Shown: positions 37,141 to 49,855 of the stretch, piece by piece
Numbering within the stretch: the first letter of the stretch is position 1
How the letters are laid out: each line of letters begins with the position of its first letter
NCBI GenBank assembly: GCA_044892525.1
Contig: CM097885.1
Coordinates: forward strand, 31,560,001 to 31,624,000
Reading direction: 5' to 3'
Length of the DNA: 64,000 nucleotides
DNA from: Schmidtea polychroa
Lineage: Eukaryota
Program-made: the position numbers and the translations under genes
The notes under the pieces: generated by a model
Seen by the model: the letters and a program-made list of their open reading frames with translations, nothing else
Database searches by the model: none
What the model was told of the DNA's origin: nothing

Positions 37141-37605
37141 ATGCTTTCAAATATAAATTACAGGGCAAAAACTGATGTATCAAAAATGATATTTCCTATA
37201 GGGAAACCACAACAACTTATCAATAGAAGTAATAAATATCCAATAATATATTTCAAAACTGGTAAATGTAGAATTATGGGGTGTAAGGAAATAATCAAAG
37301 CTAGTGAATATAATGTTTATGATTTAGAAATACAATCGATAACCGTAACTTCCGATATAGGTTTTTCTTGTAATTTAAATAAATTAGCTAAATTAATACC
37401 ATGCTTTTATGAACCAGAAATATTTCCAGCTTTGAGATATATAAAATATAACCCTATGTGTGTAAATATATTCGCTAGCGGTAAGATAGTAATTCTTGGA
37501 ATAAAAAATATTGATTACAAATGTATAGTTGATAATATCATATCTGAAATTAAATCAATAATTGAAGGAAAAGAATTTTTAGATTTTTTATTATCACTTA
37601 ATTAA
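37141..37605 (+). CDS. TATA-box-binding protein (TBP) homologue encoded by the Polinton
   Basis: Two TBP repeats: LSNINYRA...IIYFKTGKCRIMGCK and IQSITVTSDIGFSCNLNKL...YEPEIFPALRY...VNIFASGKIVILGIK. Confidence 0.85.
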   Translation: MLSNINYRAKTDVSKMIFPIGKPQQLINRSNKYPIIYFKTGKCRIMGCKEIIKASEYNVYDLEIQSITVTSDIGFSCNLNKLAKLIPCFYEPEIFPALRYIKYNPMCVNIFASGKIVILGIKNIDYKCIVDNIISEIKSIIEGKEFLDFLLSLN

Positions 37606-37713
37606 TTATTTATCATTCAATTAAAACAAAAACATGCTGCAATCTGATTGGATGATAAACAATAGTCATAGGTATAAAAACCCTGTACCATTTCATTTTA
37701 ATCATAATTCACA

Positions 37714-38133
37714 ATGACCAAGAAAATTTCAAGCACTGAAAAACCAAAAGTTGTTCCAGAACTTGTACAACCTGTTCAAATGTTCCACAACTACAAAATG
37801 TATTTTTTAAAAGAAGAAATCAATATGAAATTGGTGTCACCGATCAAGCTAATTCCTACCCAATTTCAATTCTTATCCGGCACGCTTTCAATGTTAGATA
37901 TTAAAACCATAGATGATGTTTTCAAAAGGTTGAATACGAATCTATCATGCAATCAACATGCATTTTTCAACAACCGATATGCAAAATTTTATGATTCCTT
38001 TGATGAAATCAGCTTCAAAGAAAACGAAAATTGGTATATAACAATTGCAATCCAAGGATATAAAGTTGATAATAATGATGTGTATTCTCCAATTTGGAAA
38101 ATTATGTCGGCTAGACTTTCACAGTTATTTTAA
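37714..38133 (+). CDS. Polinton accessory protein of unknown function
   Basis: 139-aa ORF with upstream ATTGG and TATAAAA elements (~37647-37680) and AATAAA at the stop. Confidence 0.6.
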   Translation: MTKKISSTEKPKVVPELVQPVQMFHNYKMYFLKEEINMKLVSPIKLIPTQFQFLSGTLSMLDIKTIDDVFKRLNTNLSCNQHAFFNNRYAKFYDSFDEISFKENENWYITIAIQGYKVDNNDVYSPIWKIMSARLSQLF

Positions 38134-38237
38134 TAAATTTGTTGTTGTATTTAATAAATGTATTTAGTTATATTTGTTTTCGCTTATATTCTATATTTTC
38201 TATAAACAAATATATACTATAGTTTTAAATACTAATA

Positions 38238-38596
38238 ATGACTACAGAAAAAGGTTAATATGATTAGTTAATTATCAAATTATTTAATATTTAGAATTTA
38301 TAAAAAACTTTTTATTGGAAAAATTAGCAGAAATATCTGGTGTGAAAATGGAGGATATATTATCTGTTACAAACGCATTAAATATAGACTGGGTAGCAGA
38401 GAGTCAAGATTCGGAATTTGATGAAACAGATGAAGAAAACACTCAAGATGATGAGGAAAGCATTCAAGAAATTGATGAACCTATGGAGGAATTTACGGAT
38501 ACTGAACCGTGTGTATATAGGGATTGTATAGATCATGTTGTTGAAAATGTTATGAACTGTGGAGATGATGAATGTGAATGTGTTAATAAATTTTAG
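38238..38596 (+). CDS. Small acidic Cys-containing accessory protein; predicted 41-nt intron 38254-38294
   Basis: ATG 38238 followed by a GT...TTAG intron joins in frame to the 38315 ORF (MTTEKEFIKNFLLEKLAE...). Confidence 0.6.
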
Positions 38597-38669
38597 TGTA
38601 TATTTAAAGAATAATATTTAGAATTTCTTTGTTAAAGTTTTACCTTGAATATTTTTACCAATACCATTG

Positions 38670-39247
38670 TGAACAGTACCCATGTGACTTGTTGAGTGTG
38701 AGTAGTACCATTGTGTGCAGTACCCATAGGGGGACAGAATATCTTGTCGGATAAACTCGGAGTATATAATAATAATAATTATAATTATAATAATAATAAT
38801 AATAATAATAATAATCAACGATTTAAACAAATTAAATTATTATGTAATCGATAATTAAAACAAAAATTATTAGTTCTAAAAATATTAGGCATCGTTCTAA
38901 AAGTATGACGTAATCGTTCTAAATAGTATTAGGCATCGTTCTAAAATTATGACGTAATCATTCTAAAAATATTAGGCATCGTTCTAAAAATATTAGGCAT
39001 CGATTACGTAATAGTTCTAAAAATATTAGGCATCGGTCTAAAAATATGACGTAATCAATCTAAAAATATTAGGCTTCGTTCTAAAAATATGTGGCATCGA
39101 TTACGTAATAGTTCTAAAAATATTAGGCGTCGATTACGTAATAATTCTAAAAATATTAGGCATCGTTCTAAAAAATTTTTTTTTCCGAGGGAGGGGGTAT
39201 ATGTGGCCGGGATGGCCCCTGGTCTGGATGGCCCCAATCCTACTACT
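38670..39247 (-). repeat. Right terminal inverted repeat region of the Polinton with an internal tandem array
   Basis: Inverted matches to the left end. 38870-39175 consists of TTCTAAAAATATTAGGCATCG-type repeats. Confidence 0.8.
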
Positions 39248-39494
39248 TATACAGTATTACACAATAGTTATATTAAGTCCCAAAGGTATTATATAATTTT
39301 ATATGATTACATAACTGCAGTAGATTGATAGGGCACCGCTGGATCACATACCCCCAACCCCTCAGGGGAAATTTTTAAAAAAAAATTTCAAATTCAAATA
39401 ATCTAAATCCAAATAATGTAATGTTTTGTAATGTTTTTATTATTTTAATGTTAGACATCCGTAAAAAAATATATTTTATACCATTTTTTATACC

Positions 39495-40086
39495 ATAATT
39501 TTGTCTTGACTTTAATGGTGAGAGCTGTTGATATTATGAATTGGCAATAGATTAATGATACCTTAGGATACTGTACTTGGTCATGTTAAATGTGCTCGAG
39601 AGTTATTGAAGCTTATTGAACACGAATAACGTCTTGTCGGTTATGTTCGCTTTATCCAAATTGGTTTGACAAAATTTATCTATTGTTTCTTGTTTTACAG
39701 CTACTTTGAAAAGTTAATTGAACGAATATATTTTTAATTAGTTTCTTTAATTTTTATCAGCACCATTTAAATATAAATTAATAACATTTTTAATAAATGT
39801 TTTAGTAGGTAGAACTAAGAAATATGCCGCACTCCAAACATACCAGAGATATACAGTATTACACAATAGTTATATAAAGTCCCAAAGGTATTATATAATT
39901 TTATATGATTACATAACTGCAGTAAATTGATAGGGCACCGCTGGATCACATACCCCCAACCCCTCGGGGGAAATTTAAAAAAAAAATTTCAAATTCAAAT
40001 AATCTAAATCCAAATAATGTAATGTTTTGTAATGTTTTTATTATTTTAATGTTAGACATCCGTAAAAAAATATATTTTATACCATT
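39495..40086 (+). repeat. Tandem duplicate of the Polinton flanks (empty target site)
   Basis: 39495-39855 matches 22614-22974, and 39850-40086 matches 39248-39485, with a single TATACA at 39850-39855. Confidence 0.92.
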
Positions 40087-40091
40087 ACAAG

Positions 40092-40763
40092 TGTTGGGCT
40101 AGAAGCCATAAAAGCTTAAATGAGGTTGTGGAAATCGAAAAAACGGTAACGAGTAGTGGAAAAACGATGTTACTACAAACAACTCAAAATCGAGATACCA
40201 AATTAAATAAAAATAAACAAAAATAGCCAAGTATAAAAGAAATTTATTAATAAAAAGAGAAAAACATTAATCTAAGAAATCAGCATAAAAATACCGAAAA
40301 TAATGACTAATGAACCCAAATTAAGTAATCCTAGCAAACAAATATAGGAAAATAATTAAATGAAATAATAATAAAATAGCGGGTAGCGGAATGAATAAGG
40401 AAATAGAAAAATCAATCTAAAAACATAAAATAAAAACAAAAGAAATTAAATACAAAAAACTGAAATAAAAACCTACTAAAAAATAGGAAAAAATAGAAAA
40501 GAAATAAACGAATAAAACATTCAAATAAAATAAATAAATAAATAAATTGAGCGAAACAAATAAAAACCCAAAAAACAAAGAAAAAATAGAAACAACTAAG
40601 TCCTGATTGGACGAAAAATATTATATAAGGCGGTCGTTTAGATTAGTCGCTTAACTTTAAAAAATTCTATTAAGGTAAAATTTGTTTAATAATAAAGAAC
40701 TTAAACTTTAAAAAATTCTATCCAGGACGACTTAACCACTTTAAAGGAAATCAGAACTACAGC
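40092..40763 (+). mobile_element. 5' part of another giant-LTR-like copy, truncated
   Basis: TGTTGGG start, long A-rich tract, GTCCTGATTGGACGA plus TATA box and a duplicated leader, as at 53983-54610. Confidence 0.6.
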
Positions 40764-40873
40764 AGTAGTTAGTTAGGAGCCTACGGGAACAATTACCTCC
40801 GGGGGGAGGGGGTAAAATTGTCCCCAACTCATTTTTTTGCTTTCAGGGATTTTTAGTACAAAATTTTTTTTTA

Positions 40874-41510
40874 GACTATAGTGAGGGGGTCTCGATGGTC
40901 CTGGGATTTTCAATACAAAATCCGACTATCACTAAAAAAAGCATGGATTATTCAGACTATAGTGAGGGGGTCTCCTTGGTCCTGAGAATTTCAATACAAA
41001 ATTTTTTTTCAAAAGAAAAAGGTAGTCTACACTATAAAAGAATGGATTATTCAAACTATAGTGAGGGGGTCTCCTTGGTCCTGAGAATTTCAATAAAATT
41101 TTTTTTTCAAAAGAAAAAGGTAGTCTACACTATAAAAGCATGGATTATTCAGACTATAGTGAGGGGGTCTCCTTGGTCCTGAGAATTTCAATACAAAATT
41201 TTTTTTCAAAAGAAAAAGGTAGTCTACACTATAAAAGAATGGATTATTCAAACTATAGTGAGGGGGTCTCCTTGGTCCTGAGAATTTCAATAAAATTTTT
41301 TTTTCAAAAGAAAAAGGTAGTCTACACTATAAAAGAATGGATTATTCAAACTATAGTGAGGGGGTCTCCTTGGTCCTGAGAATTTCAATAAAATTTTTTT
41401 TTCAAAAGAAAAAGGTAGTCTACACTATAAAAGCATGGATTATTCAGACTATAGTGAGGGGGTCTCCATGGTCCTAGAATTTTCAATAGAAAAAGGTTGT
41501 CTACACTAAA
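40874..41510. repeat. Tandem array of ~98-99 bp units (about 7 copies)
   Basis: ACTATAGTGAGGGGGTCTCCTTGGTCCTGAGAATTTC unit at about 40874, 40955, 41054, 41152, 41251, 41349, 41447. Confidence 0.92.
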
Positions 41511-43201
41511 AAACGTGGTACATTTTTAAAATAAAGCAAATTATGGGTCAAAAATTTGAATTACAGTAAAGTATGGTATAAAATTTTAAATTAAAGTAAA
41601 TAATGGTTCAAATTTTTCAATTAAAGTAAATGATGGGTCTAATAATTGAATTAAAGCAATCAATGGGCTGAAATAAGTAAATTAAGGTCCAAATTTTTGA
41701 ATTACATTAAGTAATAGGTCTAATAATTGAATTAAAGTAATCAATGGGTTCAAATAAGTTAATTAAGGCTCAAAATGTTTACGTGATAAATAAAAAGCAA
41801 TTGAAATTGTCTTATATCGAAAAAGTTAAAAACAAATAAATCAATTCATAACATGTAAATATACTACATTTTTAAAAAAATAAGTACAGAAGTATAAACT
41901 TAAATTGTGGATATTGTTTTTTGTAATTGAATTTACTTTATCATCGTTACCAAAACGTGATATTTAACGATTCTTATTATTTAAATAAATATTTTAACTC
42001 CTTATATAAAATTGTCTTATGTAGAATTGTCTAATATATAGAATTTACTGTATTATTATTAATAGTTTTGCTTAAATAATGTTATGTTTTATTTTGTTTC
42101 ATTTTATAGTAATTCTTTTTGATGATGTTTTTATACAGTTTGGAGAGAAAAATAATTAGTAGATCGGAAAGGTTAAGAAAGACAAGTTAAAATTAGAAAG
42201 TTAGGAATTGAAAAGGTAAAAAAATAGAAAAAATGAAAATGAAAATGAAAGAATAAAAATAATTCATTTAATACATCACTATGACGCGCGGTTATGATGG
42301 TCGCGGTATAGAGCGCGCAGTTATTAAAGTATACCGCTCTGGGGTTTTAATCGAAATTTGCTATAATTTTCTCTAAGTAAGATTTTTACGAAACTTTTAT
42401 TTGATTTTCTCTTTAATTTCTCTAAATCCCCTTTATTCGGATTCGTTTTTGGTTGTTTTTTCTGTTTTTTAAATTAAATTGGAAATTTTTAAAATAATAA
42501 TTCAGAAAGAATAATTCTTTTCATAAAATTCAAAGAAATTTTACCATTCTATGTATTGTTTATTGCTATATTTCTGTATTTTATTTTTTACTTTCAACCT
42601 TTAAGTTTTATTTACTTGTTTTATACTTGTTTAATATACTTGTTCATGATATACTAATTATTAATTAAATAAATATCATGATTCATTGAATAAATATAAA
42701 TATCGCCATTCACACATCTTTTTCACTATATATTTCGATAGCATCACTATAATCATCAGGTTACCTACACTCACTAGGGATGATTAACTATACAATATTG
42801 ATAATTTATAAACAAATTATTAAATTTTTAAATTTTTAAATTATAAATAAATATTTTAAATAATTATTTCCAAAAAATGTTTCAACAAAAAATTATTTTT
42901 CACTTTTAAAATTCTTTAAAAAATATTATTTTAATTATTTTTTTTAATTATTTAACATAACTATTATTTAATATACATCAACATACAAAAAATTAATTAA
43001 AAACATTCAACACACACGTATTCACTACATTCTGCACTTTTAATTGATTTTAGGATTAAAAGTTCTTATCAATGATGCTTACACACTCAAAACAATTATC
43101 AAAATATTTTGATAAGATTTTAAAATCAGACATTCCTAATTCTCTCAAACATACTTTATTATGATCCTTAATATTAGACACTGGTAAATTAGGAGATTAA
43201 T

Positions 43202-43434
43202 TCGCGTCTGTGTGCGCGTTGTATTATGAGATGGGTTTGTATGCGCACACAGACGCGAGCAGTGTCATTTTTTGTCATATTAGTTTATCTCGCGTCTGTG
43301 TGCGTTTTTTACTTTGTTGATTTGGATTGTATGCGCACACAGACGCGGAAAAGTGAGAAGATTATGTTTTGTTGAATGTTCTCGCGTCTGTGTGCAGAAT
43401 TATGGTAATATGGATGTGCGCACACAGACGCGAG
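43202..43434. repeat. Three tandem hairpins built from six alternately oriented copies of CGCGTCTGTGTGC
   Basis: Arms at 43202/43243, 43290/43334 and 43381/43420, with unique 24-33 nt spacers. Confidence 0.85.
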
Positions 43435-46400
43435 CAAGAGGTATGCCGCAATTTTTATTAATTAGTTGTGTTTGTAATTTTTTGATTTTAGAGTTCGAGG
43501 AAGCTTTTGTTTGAACTGGTGATTTGTGTGGGTATTTTGAATTGGCGGATTTGGATTTAAAGAACTGATTTATTATGGTATTGAATTTTTAGAGTGTTGA
43601 TGTTATGTTTTCTGGAATGGTGGTTTTAAATATTATTTTGATTTGAATTTTTGGCCTTAGTTTGATTTGAATTTTTGGCCTTAGTGAAATATAGAAGATA
43701 ACGAATGTTTGATATGTCGTATTTCAATATGGCGAAGAGATGTATTTTCAGCAGTGGAACTTGTCCATGTGATCGTGGCTCAGCAAGATCGTTCCAAATT
43801 ATTAATGAAAGTTTTTCAAAACGATTGGAAATCAACGATTTAATTTCTGAAAATCATGAAATGACAGAAGAGGGAATCCAAGATATGTTTATGAAATTTC
43901 CATAAAGCGATAGAAAGATAAACTTGCTAACTTATGGATATGATATTTTATTCAATCGAGCTCTTAAAAAGATGAACACAACTCCAATGTTTATTAGCCA
44001 AAGTGTTGAACAATTATCCAATGTTTCAAATTCAATCATGGCTCAATCTGAAGTTATTGGACACGATAAATAGTTTTGTACAAATAAAGCGTGTGATATT
44101 AATTACAAAGAAATTCTTCTGATGTGTCTTAGATTTAAATAGACACTCTCTTCGGTCAACAGTGTTCTCGAATACAGAGATGAGTGGCAATTTTTATTAA
44201 TAAAGTCTTTATCGTGTTTATTTAAATAAATATAAATATGTTCAACAGTGAAATATTATTATTAATTAATAACTTTATTTAAATTATTAAATAACGATAT
44301 TACCCCTTTCACATAAATGAAAGAACATCATTTTTTAAATATAATTTTTTAATGTCATCTTACGACTTAGATGCCATTATCAGACGCTGACAAAATAAAA
44401 GAAATATCATACTTATAGATTTAATAGTAATCACATAATTATAAATACATAATTCAATACAAATTTAAAGTGCTATCTAAAGAATTTACTATTATTAGAT
44501 AAACCAATATTTACATGAATGAAATACAATTCTAATGGAACACGAAATATAAAAGGAAATCCCAAACTTTTATACTAGCAAATAATTAAGTTTCATATTT
44601 CGATTCACATTAAAAATTCACAATATTTTTTAATGAAGAATATGTCAAAATAAACTTTGTATTTTTAGTCAATTTTTATGTAATTAATTAAAAATTTTAA
44701 ATTAAATTTTTATGCGACAGCAGCATTTTTGTTCTATACTAGATATTAATATTATCTGAATCCATTTATAATTAGATTATATTTTACTGAAATACCTTTG
44801 GTTATAAATATTTTAAAATATAATTAATGTCGATGGACAATTAATTTAATCATTTCAATTTGTCGGGTTAATAAATTTGCAAATTTTGATATAATTTCCA
44901 TTGTATAAATTAAGATTTATTTATTAAAATCTATTTAATTCTTTTTAATTATCCATATGATCTATTAAAATGACAAAATGTTTATAATTTTATATTTATT
45001 AACACGATTAATATCAAAATTTGAAAAATTTAAACGTGAAGGTGAAAAATGTGATGAAATTTAATCAGTTGTTAACCGATGTCAAAAATTCGTGTAAAAT
45101 TTATAGGGTTATTAATGAATTGTCAACAGACACTCCTGACTCCTCGTATTCTTTACACTTTTCCTTTTGAATAATATAGGTATGTAGCCAAATGGGTAAC
45201 TACTTATGCAAATTTGGCTCGTTTTCACTAAAAGCTGTTCAATTATTTTTTTTCAAATTCGTTTAATTATCCTTAAAATTTGTTTCTTTAGTTTCGACCA
45301 TATTGACGGCTTTTCCAATTCTTTGGTTCCTTCTATAGAACATTCCCGTATCTGTTATCTCTCTTAATTCACTTTTCGACTGAAAACTAGTCTGTCAAGC
45401 TCGGGGATTTTATTTCTTATTGAATTGATTAATTGATTTCTATTAATTGATTAGTTTGTATTTTTTTGAATAATTTTGCCTTGGGATAATTTTTAATATT
45501 TTTAATCTGTCTAATAAACGGTATGCCAGAAACCGAGAGAATTATTGGTAACACTTTATTTCACCCAATTAATCAAAAACAAACCCTTACAAACTCAACA
45601 GTAAAATCCATTGATTTTTCTTTTCAAAAGAATTTACTTTGAAGACTGCGATAATTTAAATACCTACAATATCGCCGATATTAACGTCATTTGCGTTTCT
45701 GATCTCTCTAAGAAAAGTTGCCGGAAAATAAAACACACTCAACCAGAAAATAAGCGACCTTTGCGTGACGATTCCATGCCATTAGGCTTTCTGACGAAAG
45801 AAACAAAAATTCAGTCAATAGTGCTCGATTTGAAATAAACAGTTACATTATTGAGGGATGTTCTAAAATGTCTACTTTTCGAATGTATATTATTTCGTCG
45901 GTATCGTGACTTTTTTGATTTTATTTCATTTAAAGATATTTTTATTCAAATGACGAATTATTTTATTCACAAGGCCAGATTTTCAATGCTTAACCATTTT
46001 TAAATTATAAAGTTACAATACCATTACTGACTCATTTAAACCCTCCAGTACAACTTGCTAACCACACATCTAAAATTTATTTTTGAAGTTCTTACTAGTT
46101 TCCGCTAATAACTGAAGTGCAAGATGTTTATCCTAAAAATAGAATTTAGTGCATATTCCATTTCTAAGTTGTTTAAATTAATCAAAAAATGTATTTAGTA
46201 ATAAATTCTTAATTCTATTTTTAATAATCCGAAATTTGTTTGAAAATATCTAAATATGTTTTGTTTTCTCGTTATATTCAATGTAAAATAGTTAATTAAT
46301 ATTTTTGTAACAGAATTAAATTAGTAGATAAGCATGAATTCATTGTCTATTCCACAAAGAAACTTCATTTGACATGTGTCTCATTAATTGCTTAAAATTT

Positions 46401-46749
46401 CAAAACAAGCACTTTAATGTTATATTTGAATAAGTAAACAATTTCATTAAATTTTAATTATATTATTTTTCTCGAAATAAATTTTCGATTTTCAAAATTT
46501 TATTCATTAAATTATGATATTACCAGAGTAGAAGGGGTTTAAGCTTTCTAAGCCAATCACGATTTAAAAATATAACGCTATATTACACCCTAAATTTAAT
46601 TTATTGAAAGCCAATAGTCTTGTACTAATCATCTCTCTCTCTCACTCTCTAAATAGCTACCAAAGGCTACACGAGTTTTTATTATGTATGATAAATGAAA
46701 AACCATATTTATATTGTGAAAATTTAGATTATAAACAAGAAAATAACCG

Positions 46750-49060
46750 ATAAACATAAAACCATATCGTCAACCATTGAATTTGGAAACAAAAATTGAA
46801 GAAGCAATACAAAATTTGTACGACAACGGGATTATACGGAAATGCAACTCTCCAGGGAACACGCCGTTAATCTGCGTATGGAAAAAAGAGAAAAAAGATA
46901 TTAGGCTATGCTTGGATTTCAGACAACTGAATGCAGTAACAGAGAGGCAGGCATTCCCAATGCCAAAAATAGACGAGATGTTAGATTTGTTAGGAGGATC
47001 CGTTTATTTTAGCTCAATCGATCTTGGTAATGCATATTACCAAGTGGAGTTAGTCGAAGAAGCGCAAGAGAAAACAGCCTTCTCAACAAAGAAAAGACAA
47101 TACTGTTTCAGTAGAATGCTGTTCGGAATTGCTGCAGCACCAGGAAATGATGACAAAGGTAATAGGCAAAATAAATGGAGCAATCGTGTATTTAGATGAC
47201 ATTGTGATTTATTCGAATAGTAAAGAAAAAACATTATGCAATACTCAGGGAAGTATTAAAAGCGATCGAAGAAGCAGGACTAAAGATTAACTCAGAAAAG
47301 TGTCAAATAATACAGAAAGAAATCAGATTTTTAGGACACATAATCAGCAAAGAAGGAGTACAGACCGATCCTTCTAAGATTCAGGCTATAGAAAACTTTG
47401 GGAAGCCAAGATATGTAAAGAAACTTCGAAGCTTTCTAGGCATTTGCATTTATTATTCATCATTGATTCATCATTGAGTATGCAAAGAAAGCAAGGACGT
47501 TAGAAAAATTATGTAGCGGTCCGAGTAACAAAAGACTGGAATGGACTGAAGGAACGAATAACGTATTCGAGGGATTGAAGTTATCACTCACAACGGCACC
47601 GATCCTATGCTTTCCAGATCTGAGAAAGTAGTTCATTTTAGATACTGATGCCAGTTTTGATACCATTGGAGCAGTGCTTTCACAAAAAAGATAAAGATGG
47701 AAAGGAGAGAGTAATTGTATATGAATCACACTCGATGACTAGCCATAAAAAAGGATATTGCATTACAGGGAAGGAACTATTGGCATTATACTATTTTTGT
47801 ATTCATTTTAAGCACTATCTCTACGGAATGAGATTCATGCTAAGGACAGACCACAAGGCGATCAAGTTTATGATGACAACCAAAAAGCCAATTACTTCTA
47901 AATTCCAAACCTGGATCAATTATTTAAGCAATTATTTAATCGTTGAATATAGAAAGGGTGTTAATCACCAAAATGCAGACCAGAACTAAATGTGAAACGT
48001 GTGTTCAATGTCAAATGGATCACAAAGAAGCTAAGAAAGGAAAGATAAAAACTAGATTATTAGACTCGATCAGAGAAGAAAGTAGAAGCACCAATCAAGA
48101 AGAATTACGAAAGAAAACGATGATACCTGAAAACGAGATACAAGAAACCATAAAGGAAATACATAGACTCTTGTGTCATGCTGGAGTCGAGAAGATACCT
48201 GATTATTTGACTGATAGATATATTGGGAAAAACTTATGGAGTCAGATTCCGGAAACTATTCGAAGTTGTGAGACTTGTCACAAAAACAAAGGCTATAACA
48301 ATTACAACGAAGGAACCAGTAAAAAACTAGAATCAACCGAAATGTTCGAAATTATATTCGTGGATATATGTGGATCATTGCAAGAAACAAAGGACGTAAG
48401 AAGTATATATTGGGTATAATAGGCCAGTATAGTAAGCATCAAGTTTTGACAGCTATATCAAGACAAGACGAGGAAACAATAAAGAAAACAATTTAGAAAA
48501 ATGGATTTTAAGATTTGCATGCCCAAAGGAGATAAGAGTTGATTGTGGGAAGGCGTTAGAATTAGGAATGTTGAGACAATTCACAAAGAAACTTGATATT
48601 AAGTTATGTTTTTCGAGTCCATACCATCACCAAACAAATAGATAGAAAGGCAATTCAGGACAATACGAGAGCTGATAAATGCTACTTTCCGAGACAGAAG
48701 GAAGGCGGATTGGACAGAGATACTACCAGAAGTCGAATTTACATTAAATGCAACCAAACAAAAAACGACAGGAAAAAGACCGGCAGAAATAGTTTTTGGA
48801 AAAAAAATTAGCAAGGGGAAATGGTACGGGTTAAAGGAAAAACTGGTAAAGGAAGAACAAGAAGAACAAACAAGGAAAAAATTCAATGTAGGAGGTGTTA
48901 GTAAAATTAGAAATACGCAACAAAAGCCAGGACAGATATGAGGGACCATATAAAGTAATGGAGAAAGTGCATGACAGACGATATATATCTTAAGAAACGA
49001 GAATGGTAAAAAGATTGAAAGAAACGTGGAAAAACTTTAAAAATTTCTTAAGGATGGAGA
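46750..49060 (+). mobile_element. Degraded Ty3/gypsy pol (RT, RNase H, integrase) ending in a polypurine tract
   Basis: RLCLDFRQLN, FSSIDLGNAYYQ, VYLDDIVIYS, FILDTDAS, TDHKAI, H..CHAG...CETC, IFVDICG. Many frameshifts. Purine tract at ~49050-49060. Confidence 0.9.
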
Positions 49061-49446
49061 TATGAGAAGATAGATTCTTAAAGATTTAATTAGAAATTTT
49101 GTTAAATTAAAAAAATATTTTTATTGAAAAATATTTTAGAAAGAAGGTTGAAATTTAGCATTCTTAAAAAATATTTTTATCGAAAATATTTTAAAAGGAA
49201 AATTGAAATTTGATTAAATAACAAAAATAAGAAAGACAAGTTTTTGAGTGTAAAATTTATTGAATAAAATTTATGGAATTATTTAGTGATTTGCAAACAG
49301 ATATTAATGTTTAAACGGATGAGACTCCTAATAATGTTGAACAAGATATTAAAAATATATCTAAAAAATTATTAAAAAATAAAATAATAAATTTTGAGAA
49401 ATTTAAAAAAAATGTAAATTGAGAATAAAAATTAAAAAAATTAAAA

Positions 49447-49855
49447 ATGAATACTCGTGTCAACTCACCATTGGTGCACTATTCAATATTAGATTTTGTC
49501 AAAACATTTAAAATTGATACAAAAACAAATTTTGATTTGAAAGATTATGTTAATTATTTAAATCTACCAATCAAAACTTTGATGAATGACGAATTGTATA
49601 AAATTGAAAAAACAAAAAAAATAATGTAATAATTAATTATAAAAACTCTGACAAGGATGGATCTCATTGGGTTTTTTTCATATAGGTGGAGGATCAAGGG
49701 AAAATACACCTTCAATTTATTTTGATTCGTATGGAATTCAACCCACAAAACAAGTTGATGAATATTTTGGAGATTATATTTTTAATAATCTTCAAGTTCA
49801 ACCTGATGGAACAAAAATATGTGGAGTTTTATGTTTGTATGTTTTGTATAGATAA
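49447..49855 (+). pseudogene. Adenain-like protease relic
   Basis: IINY...GSHWV, YFDSYGIQP, QVQPDGTKICGVLC; contains a stop and a frameshift. Confidence 0.8.

Noticed and set aside
38618..39328. Short ORFs across the right TIR
   Set aside because: Translations of AAT and TIR tandem repeats.
40874..41510. Possible CRISPR array and the ORFs over it
   Set aside because: Whole units are repeated with no unique spacers, there are no cas genes and the context is eukaryotic. The ORFs are repeat translations.
43626..45838. Short ORFs at 43705 and 45611 as genes
   Set aside because: No recognisable motif and they are short or interrupted by stops; cannot be supported without searches.
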